Translations under genes and position numbers: made by a program
IMG/VR virus record: IMGVR_UViG_3300025154_002045
Span: 1 to 55,922 of that record
Direction: 5' to 3' (one strand)
Length of the DNA: 55,922 bases
Source: a virus
Taxonomy: Duplodnaviria > Caudoviricetes
Notes under the pieces: model-generated
What the model was told of the DNA's origin: nothing
Databases searched by the model: none
What the model saw: only the letters and a program-made list of their open reading frames with translations
Part shown: piece by piece, positions 55,845 through 55,922 of the stretch
Layout of the letters: every line of letters starts with the position of its first letter
How positions within the stretch are numbered: the first letter of the stretch is position 1

Positions 55845-55922
55845 GGTTCGGATGACGACTGAAGCGAGAGAATAGATCCCGCTTTGCGGGAGATGATTCC
55901 GAGCGAAGGAGTCATCATTGTG

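Noticed and set aside
1-55922. CRISPR array, Cas operon, reverse transcriptase/DGR or retron
   Set aside because: No repeat-spacer array or RT motif seen; the Cas4-like nuclease at 6137-6889 has no cas neighbours
1-55922. Stop-codon reassignment
   Set aside because: Recognisable genes are full length in the standard code, and TGA and TAG both terminate genes

Overview
The window is almost entirely accessory DNA inserted at the 3' end of a tRNA-Ser(CGA) gene (38-127). The host is probably a Patescibacteria/CPR-like bacterium; this is inferred from AT-rich TATG starts without obvious Shine-Dalgarno sites and from the gene repertoire. Element 1 (about 122-37977, 37,849 bp between att cores) is an apparently complete podovirus-like prophage. 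It carries a large serine integrase, cI/cro switch, replication initiator with iterons, a 12 kb defence cargo (tyrosine recombinase, PD-(D/E)XK nucleases, Ppl-like PHP-ATPase, a 2-MTase/2-REase system, JAB, Fic, zeta-like), then MTase-ParB-terminase, head, fibre, tail, ejection and lysis genes. Its attP can be rebuilt by hand and lies inside the integrase ORF, so integration swaps the integrase C-terminus. Element 2 (about 37978-55794, about 17.8 kb, right end inferred) has its own serine recombinase, TerS, TerL and two MTases but no capsid or portal. It also carries a LexA-DUF2188-CdnE-Cap15 CBASS operon and a type I R-M system with an HTH-HsdM-half-HsdS fusion, and is a candidate terminase-only satellite. 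Several structured non-coding regions are visible, as is a strong GCWGC/CGCG depletion confined to element 1. All calls come from reading motifs by eye; no searches were run.
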